A DNA stretch of 64,000 bases from Bacteroidota bacterium (lineage in GTDB: Bacteria; Bacteroidota; Rhodothermia; JANXDC01), in the NCBI GenBank assembly GCA_025059945.1, contig JANXDC010000011.1:141856-205855 (forward strand). The letters are read 5' to 3'. Below are positions 39,753-48,208 of this stretch, in pieces (the stretch's first letter is position 1; each line of letters begins with the position of its first letter). The notes under the pieces are model-generated. The model was not told where the DNA came from. It saw nothing but the letters and a program-made list of their open reading frames with translations, and searched no databases. Made by a program: the position numbers and the translations under genes.

Positions 39753-40303
39753 CAGGGCGAAACCTCAAGCAGATAGACCGCGTCTTCGGCGTCCACCTCA
39801 CGCAGGGCGACTCGGATGCGCTCTTGGGCTGTGGTGGGGATGCGCCGGCCCACGTAGTCGGCGCAGATCGGAAGCTCCCTTCCTCCGCGGTCGATGAGCA
39901 CGGCCAGTTGGATCGCCGCCGGTCGTCCATAATCGAGCAGCGCGTCCATGGCGGCGCGCACCGTGCGGCCCGTATGGAGCACGTCGTCTACGAGCACGAT
40001 CATGCGGTCCTCAACCGTAAACGGCAGCTCGGTGGGGCGCATCCGAGGTCCGGGCCGCAGGCGCAGGTCGTCCCGATAGAGCGTAACATCCAGCGCCCCC
40101 ACGGGAACCGAGTGCCCCTCATCGTGCGCGATCCAGGCGGCGATGCGGCGGGCCAAAAACACGCCGCGCGTCTGCAGGCCCACCAAAGCGAGCCGGTCCA
40201 GTTCGGCTGCGGGCTCGATGATCTCCTGCCCCAGGCGGCGCAGCAGCCGCTCTAGCTCCGATGCATCCAGCAGACGGGCCTTAACGAGGCCTACCGACGC
40301 CAT
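39752..40303 (-). CDS. pyrR: Bifunctional pyr regulator / uracil phosphoribosyltransferase PyrR
   Basis: LDVTLYRDDL, LVDDVLHTGRTVRAA and DRGGRELPI. Confidence 0.93.
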   Translation of the reverse strand: MASVGLVKARLLDASELERLLRRLGQEIIEPAAELDRLALVGLQTRGVFLARRIAAWIAHDEGHSVPVGALDVTLYRDDLRLRPGPRMRPTELPFTVEDRMIVLVDDVLHTGRTVRAAMDALLDYGRPAAIQLAVLIDRGGRELPICADYVGRRIPTTAQERIRVALREVDAEDAVYLLEVSP

Positions 40304-40310
40304 AGCGCCT

Positions 40311-40611
40311 CTAGGCTTGTAACGAAGGTCGTCTCAACAACGGCCACATCAATACCACCGCCCACAGAATATCGACCACGTTCCAGAGGGTTCGTCCTAG
40401 GGAAATTTTGGTGATGGGATTGATCAGAACGGCCGATGCCGCCCAAAACCAGAGCATTTTGTCGTTGCCGCGCTTCCTCTCCTGCCTGGAAAGCTAGATA
40501 AACAAAACCCATCATGCCCAAGCAGCGCACGGCTTCATAGTAATCGTAGGGCATGTCGGCTAGATAGCCCACGAAGAGCAAAGCCAATCCGAAGCGGATA
40601 AAGCTTTCCAT
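40311..40611 (-). pseudogene. Frameshifted small membrane protein gene, DUF6804-like
   Basis: The 5' frame gives LADMPYDYYEAVRC; a second frame continues KMLWFWAASAVLINPITKISLGRTLWNVVDILWAVVL*. One extra base near 40475-40485 separates them. Confidence 0.7.
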
Positions 40612-40801
40612 CGGCTGCATAAGCTAAGGAGAGCCGTCGCGCTTCCGCAAAGGCCTCCAAGCCGCCCTTTAAGCGCTCAAGTTCGCCTGCCTTCTCAAGA
40701 CTTCCCGGTGCCCGAGTTGCGCCAACAGGCGCTAGCGGCCCGGCTTGCTGCGAAAAAGGTTTGGCCGCCTTACTTTTAATAGACTTTGAGGGGAAGGCGA
40801 A

Positions 40802-42163
40802 GTGCCCAAGACGGCCACCCGATTCCTCTGCCAGGCCTGCGCCTATGCAAGTCCTCGTTGGCTGGGACAGTGCCCCGCCTGCGGGGCCTGGAACACCTTG
40901 GTGGAGGAGGCCCCGATAGCTTCGCTCGGCATTCGGCGTTCGGGTTCCGTTCAAGAAGCTCCGGTCGTTATGCCGCTAGAAGCGGTCAAGCCTCTAGAGG
41001 AGTCCCGTTGGGCTACGGGGATCGGGGAGTTAGATCGCGTGCTCGGCGGCGGCCTGATGCGGGGCTCCGTGGTGTTGCTGGGTGGCGATCCGGGCATCGG
41101 CAAATCTACGCTGCTTCTTCAGCTCGCGGAGCGCTTAAGCGATCGCCGCCTGTTGTACGTGACCGGGGAGGAATCTTTAGAGCAGGTGCGCCATCGGGCT
41201 CAGCGGCTCGGACTTGCGGTCGGGGATCTGTATGTGCTGGCCGAGACGGATCTGGAGCGCATCTTTGCGGCCGTAGAAGCGGTCCAGCCCGAGCTTGTGA
41301 TGCTGGATTCCATTCAGACCGTGTACGCGCCGGAGCTGGAGAGCGCCCCGGGCAGTATAGCGCAGGTGCGCGAATGCGCGGCTCGGCTCGTTCGCATGGC
41401 CAAGGCCACGGGCCGCACGGTCTTGCTTGTGGGGCACGTGACCAAGGAGGGCTGGGTGGCTGGGCCGCGCACACTAGAGCATGTTGTTGACGCCGTCTTG
41501 CAGTTTGAGGGCGATCGGCAATATGCCTATCGCGTGCTTCGGGCGATCAAGAACCGCTTTGGCTCCACCCACGAGATCGGGATCTTCGAGATGACCGGCT
41601 CAGGCCTGCGCGAGGTATCCAACCCCTCGGCGTTGTTTTTGGCCGAGCGTCGGACGGAGGTGAGTGGCTCAGCCGTGGTGGCGGCGATGGAGGGCACGCG
41701 CCCCCTGCTTGTGGAGGTGCAGGCGCTTGTGGCGCCTACGGCCTTCGGGACGCCCACGCGCACAAGCGCTGGCCTCGATGTGCGGCGGCTTGCCGTGCTC
41801 CTGGCGGTGCTCGAAAGACGGGCGGGCTTGTCGTTGGCCTATCAAGATGTCTACGTCAACGTCGTGGGCGGAATCCGGCTTCAGGAGCCCGCGGTGGACT
41901 TGGCTGTAGTAGCGGCCGTGGCCTCAAGCTTTCGCGATCGGCCCATCCCGGCAGAGCTGGTCCTGATCGGCGAGGTGGGGTTAGCGGGGGAACTGCGGAC
42001 CGCAAGTGCCCTGGAGCGCAGGTTGGAAGAGGCGGCCCGACTGGGATTTCGACACGCTCTAGTGCCGGAGCCTCCGTCTGGAGTGCGCATACGGGCATCG
42101 GGGCTGGAACTTTTGTACGCCGGCACGCTTGTGGAAGCCCTGGAGCTAATGGGATGTTTATAA
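40802..42163 (+). CDS. radA: DNA repair protein RadA/Sms
   Basis: CQAC..CPAC zinc finger, GDPGIGKST, KNRFG and Lon-like C-terminus. Confidence 0.96.
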   Translation: MPKTATRFLCQACAYASPRWLGQCPACGAWNTLVEEAPIASLGIRRSGSVQEAPVVMPLEAVKPLEESRWATGIGELDRVLGGGLMRGSVVLLGGDPGIGKSTLLLQLAERLSDRRLLYVTGEESLEQVRHRAQRLGLAVGDLYVLAETDLERIFAAVEAVQPELVMLDSIQTVYAPELESAPGSIAQVRECAARLVRMAKATGRTVLLVGHVTKEGWVAGPRTLEHVVDAVLQFEGDRQYAYRVLRAIKNRFGSTHEIGIFEMTGSGLREVSNPSALFLAERRTEVSGSAVVAAMEGTRPLLVEVQALVAPTAFGTPTRTSAGLDVRRLAVLLAVLERRAGLSLAYQDVYVNVVGGIRLQEPAVDLAVVAAVASSFRDRPIPAELVLIGEVGLAGELRTASALERRLEEAARLGFRHALVPEPPSGVRIRASGLELLYAGTLVEALELMGCL

Positions 42164-42188
42164 CCCGCACCCAAAGGAGGAGCTACTC

Positions 42189-43832
42189 ATGCCGATTTTG
42201 CTATTGGGGCTTTTGCTTGGGGTGGGACTCGCCTCCGCCGCGGCCCAGCCCACCCGCTATCGGCCCGATCTACGGGTGCTCAGCCGATACCAGCAGACGA
42301 TCACCCCTCAAGAGCTACGTGCTCATTTGGAATTTCTGGCCTCCGATGAGCTCGAGGGCAGAGAGACGGCCACGCGAGGGCAGTATGTGGCCGCCCGCTA
42401 CCTTGCCTCGTGGTTCCGGCGCTTAGGGCTTGAGCCCATCGGAGATGGCGGCACCTATTATCAGCACTTTGATCTCGTAGAACAGCGCCTGGCCGAGGTC
42501 CGGCTTCGCCTGGAAGGCCCGGCGGGCGCACAAGAGGTGCGCTCTCTTCCCACAGATCCGGATCGGCTGATCCCTCGCGCAGCGGGGCCGGATAGCACTG
42601 GCGGGCTAGTGCTGGCCGGATACGGGATTGTCGACGTGCAAGGCGGCCGAGACGATTACCAGGGCCTAGACCCTAGGGGCAAGTGGGTCATGGTCCTCGA
42701 TGGGGAGCCTCATATCAACGGTCGCAGCGCGCTTACACCTAATGGCGAGCCCTCCGTGTGGGCTCGCCAATGGTGGCAGAAGGCCGTAGCGGCCCGGCAG
42801 AAGGGGGCTATCGGCGTGATCGTGGTTCCGGAAGCGGATCGTTTTGAAGCGCTTAAGGCCGAGTTTCGGGAGCAGGCCCAACGCATAGGCGCCCTGAGCC
42901 TGGCTTACCAGAATCGACAGCCCCGAGCGAGCCGGTTCCCCCCGCTGCTGTATCTGCATCCGGAGGCCGCCGCGGAGCTTCTGCGCGCAGTTGGGGGACC
43001 GGACTGGCAGGCCTACCGGCGCGATCCGAGGCCTCTCGGCTTGCCCGAAAGCGTTCGGCTGACGGTGCGTTTTCGTGTAGAGCCCCGTCGGCATACAAGC
43101 CAGAACGTGGTGGGCCTGTTGGAGGGGGTTGATCCCGTTCTGAAGCACGAATACGTTGTCATCACCGCCCACTACGATCACGTCGGCATCGGGGCTCCGG
43201 ATTCCACGGGGGATCGTATTTATAACGGAGCCGACGACGACGGATCCGGCACCGTGGCCGTTCTAGAGCTCGCCGAGGCCTTTGCGCGCGCCAAGGCCGA
43301 AGGCCACGGGCCCAAGCGCAGCATCCTCTTTATGGCTGTATCGGCTGAGGAGCGGGGGCTTCTGGGGTCGCGCTACTACGTAGATCACCCCCTAGTGCCC
43401 CTGGAGAAGACCGTGGCCAATCTGAATATCGACATGATCGGCCGCGTTGATCCCAAATACGAGCGCCTGGGCAATCCGTATTACGTCTACATCATCGGCT
43501 CCAACATCCTGAGCTCCGATCTGCATGCGATCAACGAGCAGATGAACGCGCTCACGACGAAACTTACCCTAGATTACACCTACAACCGCCAGGATGATCC
43601 CAATCGGTTCTGGGCCCGCAGCGATCACGCCAACTTCGGGGAAAAAGGCATTCCGTTCATCTTCTATTTTACCGGCACGCATGCCGATTATCATCGACCG
43701 GGCGATGAGCCGCACAAAATTCACTATGAGAAGATGGCCCGCATCGTCCAGCTGATCTTGGCTACGACTTGGAATTTGGCCAATCGCCCGGATCGGCCCC
43801 GAGTGGACGGCAAATGGTTTACCCAGCAATGA
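42189..43832 (+). CDS. M28 family aminopeptidase with PA domain
   Basis: LASDELEGR, AHYDHVG, NGADDDGSG, AEERGLLGS, NIDMIGR, SDH and DYHRPGD. Confidence 0.92.
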   Translation: MPILLLGLLLGVGLASAAAQPTRYRPDLRVLSRYQQTITPQELRAHLEFLASDELEGRETATRGQYVAARYLASWFRRLGLEPIGDGGTYYQHFDLVEQRLAEVRLRLEGPAGAQEVRSLPTDPDRLIPRAAGPDSTGGLVLAGYGIVDVQGGRDDYQGLDPRGKWVMVLDGEPHINGRSALTPNGEPSVWARQWWQKAVAARQKGAIGVIVVPEADRFEALKAEFREQAQRIGALSLAYQNRQPRASRFPPLLYLHPEAAAELLRAVGGPDWQAYRRDPRPLGLPESVRLTVRFRVEPRRHTSQNVVGLLEGVDPVLKHEYVVITAHYDHVGIGAPDSTGDRIYNGADDDGSGTVAVLELAEAFARAKAEGHGPKRSILFMAVSAEERGLLGSRYYVDHPLVPLEKTVANLNIDMIGRVDPKYERLGNPYYVYIIGSNILSSDLHAINEQMNALTTKLTLDYTYNRQDDPNRFWARSDHANFGEKGIPFIFYFTGTHADYHRPGDEPHKIHYEKMARIVQLILATTWNLANRPDRPRVDGKWFTQQ

Positions 43833-43837
43833 AGCCC

Positions 43838-43876
43838 CTTCTCGGAGCGCCTCCTATGAGGAGGCGCTCCGAGAAG
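43838..43876. terminator. Perfect 18-bp hairpin between convergent genes (probable bidirectional terminator)
   Basis: CTTCTCGGAGCGCCTCCT-ATG-AGGAGGCGCTCCGAGAAG between the M28 peptidase and metK stops. Confidence 0.8.
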
Positions 43877-43877
43877 T

Positions 43878-45053
43878 TTAAGTGCGCACAGCACTGCGGT
43901 GGCCGAGCTGATGCACCTTTTCGGCTTCTTGCTGCAGCAGCTCTACGGCATCTAAAGCTTCCCACGGGAACTCTTCGCGGCCGAAGTGTCCGTAGACCGC
44001 GGTCTGCCGGTAAATGGGACGAAGCAGGCGGAAACGCTCGATAATGCCTCGAGGGGTGAGATCGAAAAGCCTGTTGATAATGGCGGTTAGCTGGTGATCC
44101 GGTATTCGGCCCGTGCCGTGCGTGTTGACGTAAACGGAAACCGGCTTCGGTAGGCCGATGGCGTAGGCGATCTGCACCAGGCATTCGTCGGCCAGGCCCG
44201 CAGCCACGACGTTTTTCGCGATGTGCCGGGCCGCGTAAGCCCCGGATCGGTCCACCTTGGTGGGATCTTTGCCGCTAAAGGCTCCCCCGCCGTGCGGCGC
44301 GCGGCCCCCGTAGGTATCGACGACGATCTTCCGGCCCGTAAGCCCGGTGTCGCCGTGCGGTCCGCCGATCACGAACTGCCCTGTGGGGTTCACGTAGAGT
44401 GTGAGGTGCTCGTCTAAAAGCTCCGGGGGTATGACGCGGGGGATGAGAATCGTGCGGACGTCCTCTTCGATGCGCTTTTGGTCTACGCTTGGATCATGCT
44501 GTGTGGAGAGTACGATCGTATGCACGCGCCGGGGCCGCCCCTGATCGTCGTATTCGATCGTGACTTGGCTCTTAGCATCGGGTCTTAGATAAGGCATTTC
44601 GAGGCTGTTTTTGCGAATACGTGCCAATTCCTGCAACAGCCTGTGCGCGTAGTAGATGGGGGCCGGCATGTACACAGGGGTCTCTCGGCAGGCGTAGCCG
44701 AACATCATGCCCTGATCCCCAGCTCCTCCCCGATCCACGCCGCGTGCGATGTCCGGAGACTGTTTTTTGAGAGCTGTTAAGACAGCGCAGGAGTGCGCCT
44801 CAAACCGGTATTCGCTTCGGGTATAGCCGATCCCCTCAATCACGGTTCGGACGACCCCGTCGATATCGACTTGGGCGCGCGTGGTAACCTCTCCGGCGAT
44901 GAAAACCAGGCCTGTGGTCACCAGGGTCTCCACGGCCACGCGAGCATGGGGATCCTGCTCCAGCATGGCATCCAGAATCGCATCGGAGATCTGATCGGCG
45001 ATTTTGTCCGGATGCCCCTCAGATACCGACTCGGAGGTAAACAGGTGCGGCAT
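43878..45053 (-). CDS. metK: S-adenosylmethionine synthetase
   Basis: [26 protein letters not shown] and [16 protein letters not shown]; start at ATG 45053 (or 45059) after an AGGGGG RBS. Confidence 0.97.
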   Translation of the reverse strand: MPHLFTSESVSEGHPDKIADQISDAILDAMLEQDPHARVAVETLVTTGLVFIAGEVTTRAQVDIDGVVRTVIEGIGYTRSEYRFEAHSCAVLTALKKQSPDIARGVDRGGAGDQGMMFGYACRETPVYMPAPIYYAHRLLQELARIRKNSLEMPYLRPDAKSQVTIEYDDQGRPRRVHTIVLSTQHDPSVDQKRIEEDVRTILIPRVIPPELLDEHLTLYVNPTGQFVIGGPHGDTGLTGRKIVVDTYGGRAPHGGGAFSGKDPTKVDRSGAYAARHIAKNVVAAGLADECLVQIAYAIGLPKPVSVYVNTHGTGRIPDHQLTAIINRLFDLTPRGIIERFRLLRPIYRQTAVYGHFGREEFPWEALDAVELLQQEAEKVHQLGHRSAVRT

Positions 45054-45420
45054 ATACATCCCCCTTCGGACGAACTGGGCAATGTTACGGGGGGGGTTAT
45101 ACTTGACGCAAGATCCCGCCGCAGCCGATGCCCGGACGGGCTCAGAATCGGTAGAGGATAAATGAGCCCATATAAAAGTAAACCTTGATTGGCACGCCTC
45201 GCGAAGCCGTTCCAATCCAGATCACATAATGCGGCGTTCCTTCGCTCGCCCTTGAGGCCTCTGGGGGCTTGCACGATACTTTGCCTCCAGACTCCAAGGG
45301 TTCTTTGACAGCGTGGTCTATTGCCCACAACGCGCTTATGATGGGCGCCCACCTTTATCCAGTTCACTTTAGACCGGTTCCGGTGGCCTGGGGCCGGGTG
45401 ATAAGAAGGAGGGCGACGGG

Positions 45421-45642
45421 ATGAAAAAGCTAACGGGCTATCTTTTCGCGCTTCTGCTCGCCGTGGGCACGGGTACTGTGCTGAGCGGCTGCTCCCTGGA
45501 TTTATTTAGCGTCCAGGGCGGCGAGATGGCCTCTGATCAAGGGGGTGAGATGGCCTCCGATCAGGGCGGTGAGATGGCTTCCGATCAAGGGGGCGAGATG
45601 GCCTCCGATCAGGGCGGCGAGATGGCCTCTGATCAGCGCTGA
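45421..45642 (+). CDS. Small exported (lipo)peptide precursor with five QGGEMASD repeats
   Basis: AAGGAGG RBS; MKK plus hydrophobic stretch plus LSGC lipobox-like signal; the mature part is essentially the 8-aa unit x5. Confidence 0.85.
   Translation: MKKLTGYLFALLLAVGTGTVLSGCSLDLFSVQGGEMASDQGGEMASDQGGEMASDQGGEMASDQGGEMASDQR
45514..45633 (+). repeat. Tandem 24-bp repeat x5 (CARGGSGGYGAGATGGCYTCYGAT)
   Basis: Units start at 45514, 45538, 45562, 45586 and 45610; no spacers; all differences are at third codon positions. Confidence 0.97.
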
Positions 45643-45755
45643 TCGGCCTTGATCGGCTCCATGAAGGGTGTTACCCCCTAGATTTTGGGCAATCCGGTAA
45701 CGTATACTTACCGCGCATTCGCATTAAGGTTGCCAGAAGGAGGTGGGCGCCCCTC

Positions 45756-46805
45756 ATGAGCGCTTCTTCGCCTACGGCCACGTTAGACAACGAATATTTA
45801 GCCCAACTCATCGCGCGCGCTGAGACGCTTCCCGAAACGCTCCGAGGGCGTCTGTTAGAGGCCAACCGCCTCTATCAGGAGGGCCTGTACGGGAAGGCGG
45901 CCGAACGCTATGAGGCGCTCCTCCAGGAGGGTTTGCCCCCAGAGGTGCGCGCCGATGTGCTTCTGCAGCTTATCGCCTCCTTAAACTGGATCAAGGATGA
46001 GCGGGTCTTCGCGTACATTAACCTGCTGGAGCCCGTTACGGACTTTCAGCGGGCCCTGCTAAGCTTGCGCACGGGTGTAGCGTTGATGGACATCGCACAC
46101 GACTACAAGACCGCCCTGAGCTGGTTTGATCAAGCCTGCGAGCAGTTCGCCGCCACAGGCGAAAAGGATTGGGAGCTGCGGGCGATGAACAACCGGGCCA
46201 AATGCTACCACCAAATGGGCATGTTTGAAGAGGCCCGACGTGAATTGCGCACCGTGTACTATATCGCCCGCCGACATGGGCTGCGCGAGCGGATGCTTGT
46301 GGTCACCCTCAACCTGGGCGTGTTGGCCGAGGACGAGGGCAATTGGGAGGAGGCAGAGCGCTACTACCGCAAGGCCTACGAGGTCGCCATGGATATGGGC
46401 GCCCGGCGCCTGCAGGCTTTGTGCCTATACAACCTGGCCACGCTGCATCATGATCAGGGTTTCTACGGATTGGCGATAGAATACTACGAGCTGGCCCTGG
46501 CCTTATATCGGGAAATGGGGGCGGAGCGGGACGTGGCCGAAAAAAGCGCTCGCCTGGAGGAGGCCCTTCGAGGTCGGGAGCAAGTTCTAGAAAACCTGGG
46601 CCGCATAGTGGGCACGATGACCGTGCGCGAACTCCGGCAGCGTTACATCGCCGGTCTGGTCCGAAGCTTTCTCAAAGTGCCCGGCATACCGACCCGGGAG
46701 AAGCTAGCCGAACGCATCGGGGTTACCCGTCAAACCATCTACAAAAATATTCGCGACGCTGTAGAAGCCGGCTTGCTGCCGCGTGAGGCGGCGGCCGACG
46801 AGTAG
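45756..46805 (+). CDS. TPR-repeat protein with C-terminal helix-turn-helix (putative transcription regulator)
   Basis: AGGAGG RBS; TPR motifs (AMNNRAKCYHQMG, LNLGVLAEDEGNWEEAERYY, YNLATLHHDQGFYGLAIEYY); HTH TREKLAERIGVTRQTIYKNI. Confidence 0.85.
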   Translation: MSASSPTATLDNEYLAQLIARAETLPETLRGRLLEANRLYQEGLYGKAAERYEALLQEGLPPEVRADVLLQLIASLNWIKDERVFAYINLLEPVTDFQRALLSLRTGVALMDIAHDYKTALSWFDQACEQFAATGEKDWELRAMNNRAKCYHQMGMFEEARRELRTVYYIARRHGLRERMLVVTLNLGVLAEDEGNWEEAERYYRKAYEVAMDMGARRLQALCLYNLATLHHDQGFYGLAIEYYELALALYREMGAERDVAEKSARLEEALRGREQVLENLGRIVGTMTVRELRQRYIAGLVRSFLKVPGIPTREKLAERIGVTRQTIYKNIRDAVEAGLLPREAAADE

Positions 46806-46840
46806 GTCCTCGCTCGACTCGAGGGGCGCGCCTGGGGGGC

Positions 46841-47707
46841 ATGCCCTTGGAGATTATTCAGGATATTCGGCAAATGCAGCGCCGGGCCACGGAGCTGCGT
46901 GCACAAAGCCGGCGCATCGCGGTCGTGCCCACCATGGGTGCGTTGCACGACGGCCATCTGGCCCTCGTGCGTATGGCCCGGCAACACGCCGACGTCGTCA
47001 TCGTCACGCTTTTCGTCAACCCCATTCAGTTCGGGCCCCATGAGGATTATGCGCGTTACCCGCGCGATTGGCAAGGAGATCTGCATAAGGCCGACGCCGC
47101 GGGGGTGGACATCCTGTTCGCGCCCAGCGTGGAGGCTATGTATCCGAATGGATATCAGACGTATGTCGTGGTCACCGAGCTCAGCCGTCCCCTGGAGGGT
47201 GCCATGCGGCCTGGGCATTTTCGGGGTGTGACCACGGTTGTGAGCAAGCTCTTTCACCTGACCTGCCCGCACGTGGCCGTCTTCGGGCAAAAAGACGCCC
47301 AGCAGGCCCTGATCATCCGGCGCATGGTGCGGGATCTGAATTTTGACGTCGACATCCTCATCCATCCCATCGTCCGGGAGCCCGATGGGTTAGCCATGAG
47401 CTCCCGAAATGTCTACCTTTCGCCGCAGGAGCGCGCCCAGGCCCCTGTGCTGTATCGGGCTCTGCAATGGGCTGAGGGGCAGATTCTATCGGGGGAACGA
47501 AATCCGGATCGACTCATTGAAGGCATACGCCGGATTCTCGCGGAGGCCCACTTGGCGCGCATCGATTACGTGGCCGTCTGCGACACAGAACGCCTAGATG
47601 ACGTGGCCGAGCTCCATCCAGGCCAGGAGGTACTTGTGGCCCTGGCCGTGCGCTTCGGCTCGACCCGGCTGCTGGACAACATCCTCATAACCGTTCCGGA
47701 GCGGTAG
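46841..47707 (+). CDS. panC: Pantoate--beta-alanine ligase
   Basis: VPTMGALHDGH, FVNPIQF, RPGHFRGV, FGQKDAQQ and GLAMSSRN. Confidence 0.96.
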   Translation: MPLEIIQDIRQMQRRATELRAQSRRIAVVPTMGALHDGHLALVRMARQHADVVIVTLFVNPIQFGPHEDYARYPRDWQGDLHKADAAGVDILFAPSVEAMYPNGYQTYVVVTELSRPLEGAMRPGHFRGVTTVVSKLFHLTCPHVAVFGQKDAQQALIIRRMVRDLNFDVDILIHPIVREPDGLAMSSRNVYLSPQERAQAPVLYRALQWAEGQILSGERNPDRLIEGIRRILAEAHLARIDYVAVCDTERLDDVAELHPGQEVLVALAVRFGSTRLLDNILITVPER

Positions 47708-47714
47708 CCGCTGT

Positions 47715-48098
47715 ATGTGGGTGACGATGTTCCGATCCAAGCTGCATCGGCTCGTGGTGACGGAGGCCAACCTATATTACGAGGGCAGCATCACGATCGA
47801 TCAGGAGCTACTGCAGCTGGCCGATATCCTGCCGTATGAGAAGGTCCAGGTCGTAAACCTCAACACCGGGGCCCGGTTGGAGACCTACGCCATTCCCGGT
47901 CCGAGGGGCAGTCGCATCGTCTGCTTGAACGGCCCGGCTGCGCGCTCTGGCGCCCCGGGTGATGAGGTGATCGTGATCGCCTACGCGCAGATGCCCTTGG
48001 AGGAGGCCCGTCGGCATCGGCCGCGTGTGGTCTTGGTGGATCGGCACAACAACCCGCGCCAGGTCCGCATCCTGGAGTCGGAAACGATCCTCCTCTGA
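47715..48098 (+). CDS. panD: Aspartate 1-decarboxylase
   Basis: SKLHR, YEGSITID self-cleavage site and LNGPAAR. Confidence 0.96.
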   Translation: MWVTMFRSKLHRLVVTEANLYYEGSITIDQELLQLADILPYEKVQVVNLNTGARLETYAIPGPRGSRIVCLNGPAARSGAPGDEVIVIAYAQMPLEEARRHRPRVVLVDRHNNPRQVRILESETILL

Positions 48099-48208
48099 GC
48101 GTCGTTTAATGGCCGATCTCGTTTAGCTCCTTGCCCGAAGTCTTTGCTGGGAGGCGCTGCGGGCCGCTATCTTCACATGTCTTGCCTGAGCAGGAGTATA
48201 GAGCTCCC

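Noticed and set aside
40304..40800. PyrR-binding attenuator upstream of pyrR-pyrB
   Set aside because: No ARUCCnGnGAGGYU-like loop or terminator was recognised; the space is filled by a frameshifted gene.
40535..40954. 139-aa minus-strand ORF
   Set aside because: It overlaps the radA start and the pseudogene and has no recognisable features; probably spurious.
45054..45300. Canonical SAM riboswitch upstream of metK
   Set aside because: I could not find the SAM-I (AUC..GAG / GCAAC / GUGC) or SAM-II core in the right arrangement on the minus strand.
45514..45633. 24-bp repeats as a CRISPR array
   Set aside because: The units are directly abutting with no spacers, lie in frame within an ORF, and there are no cas genes in the window.
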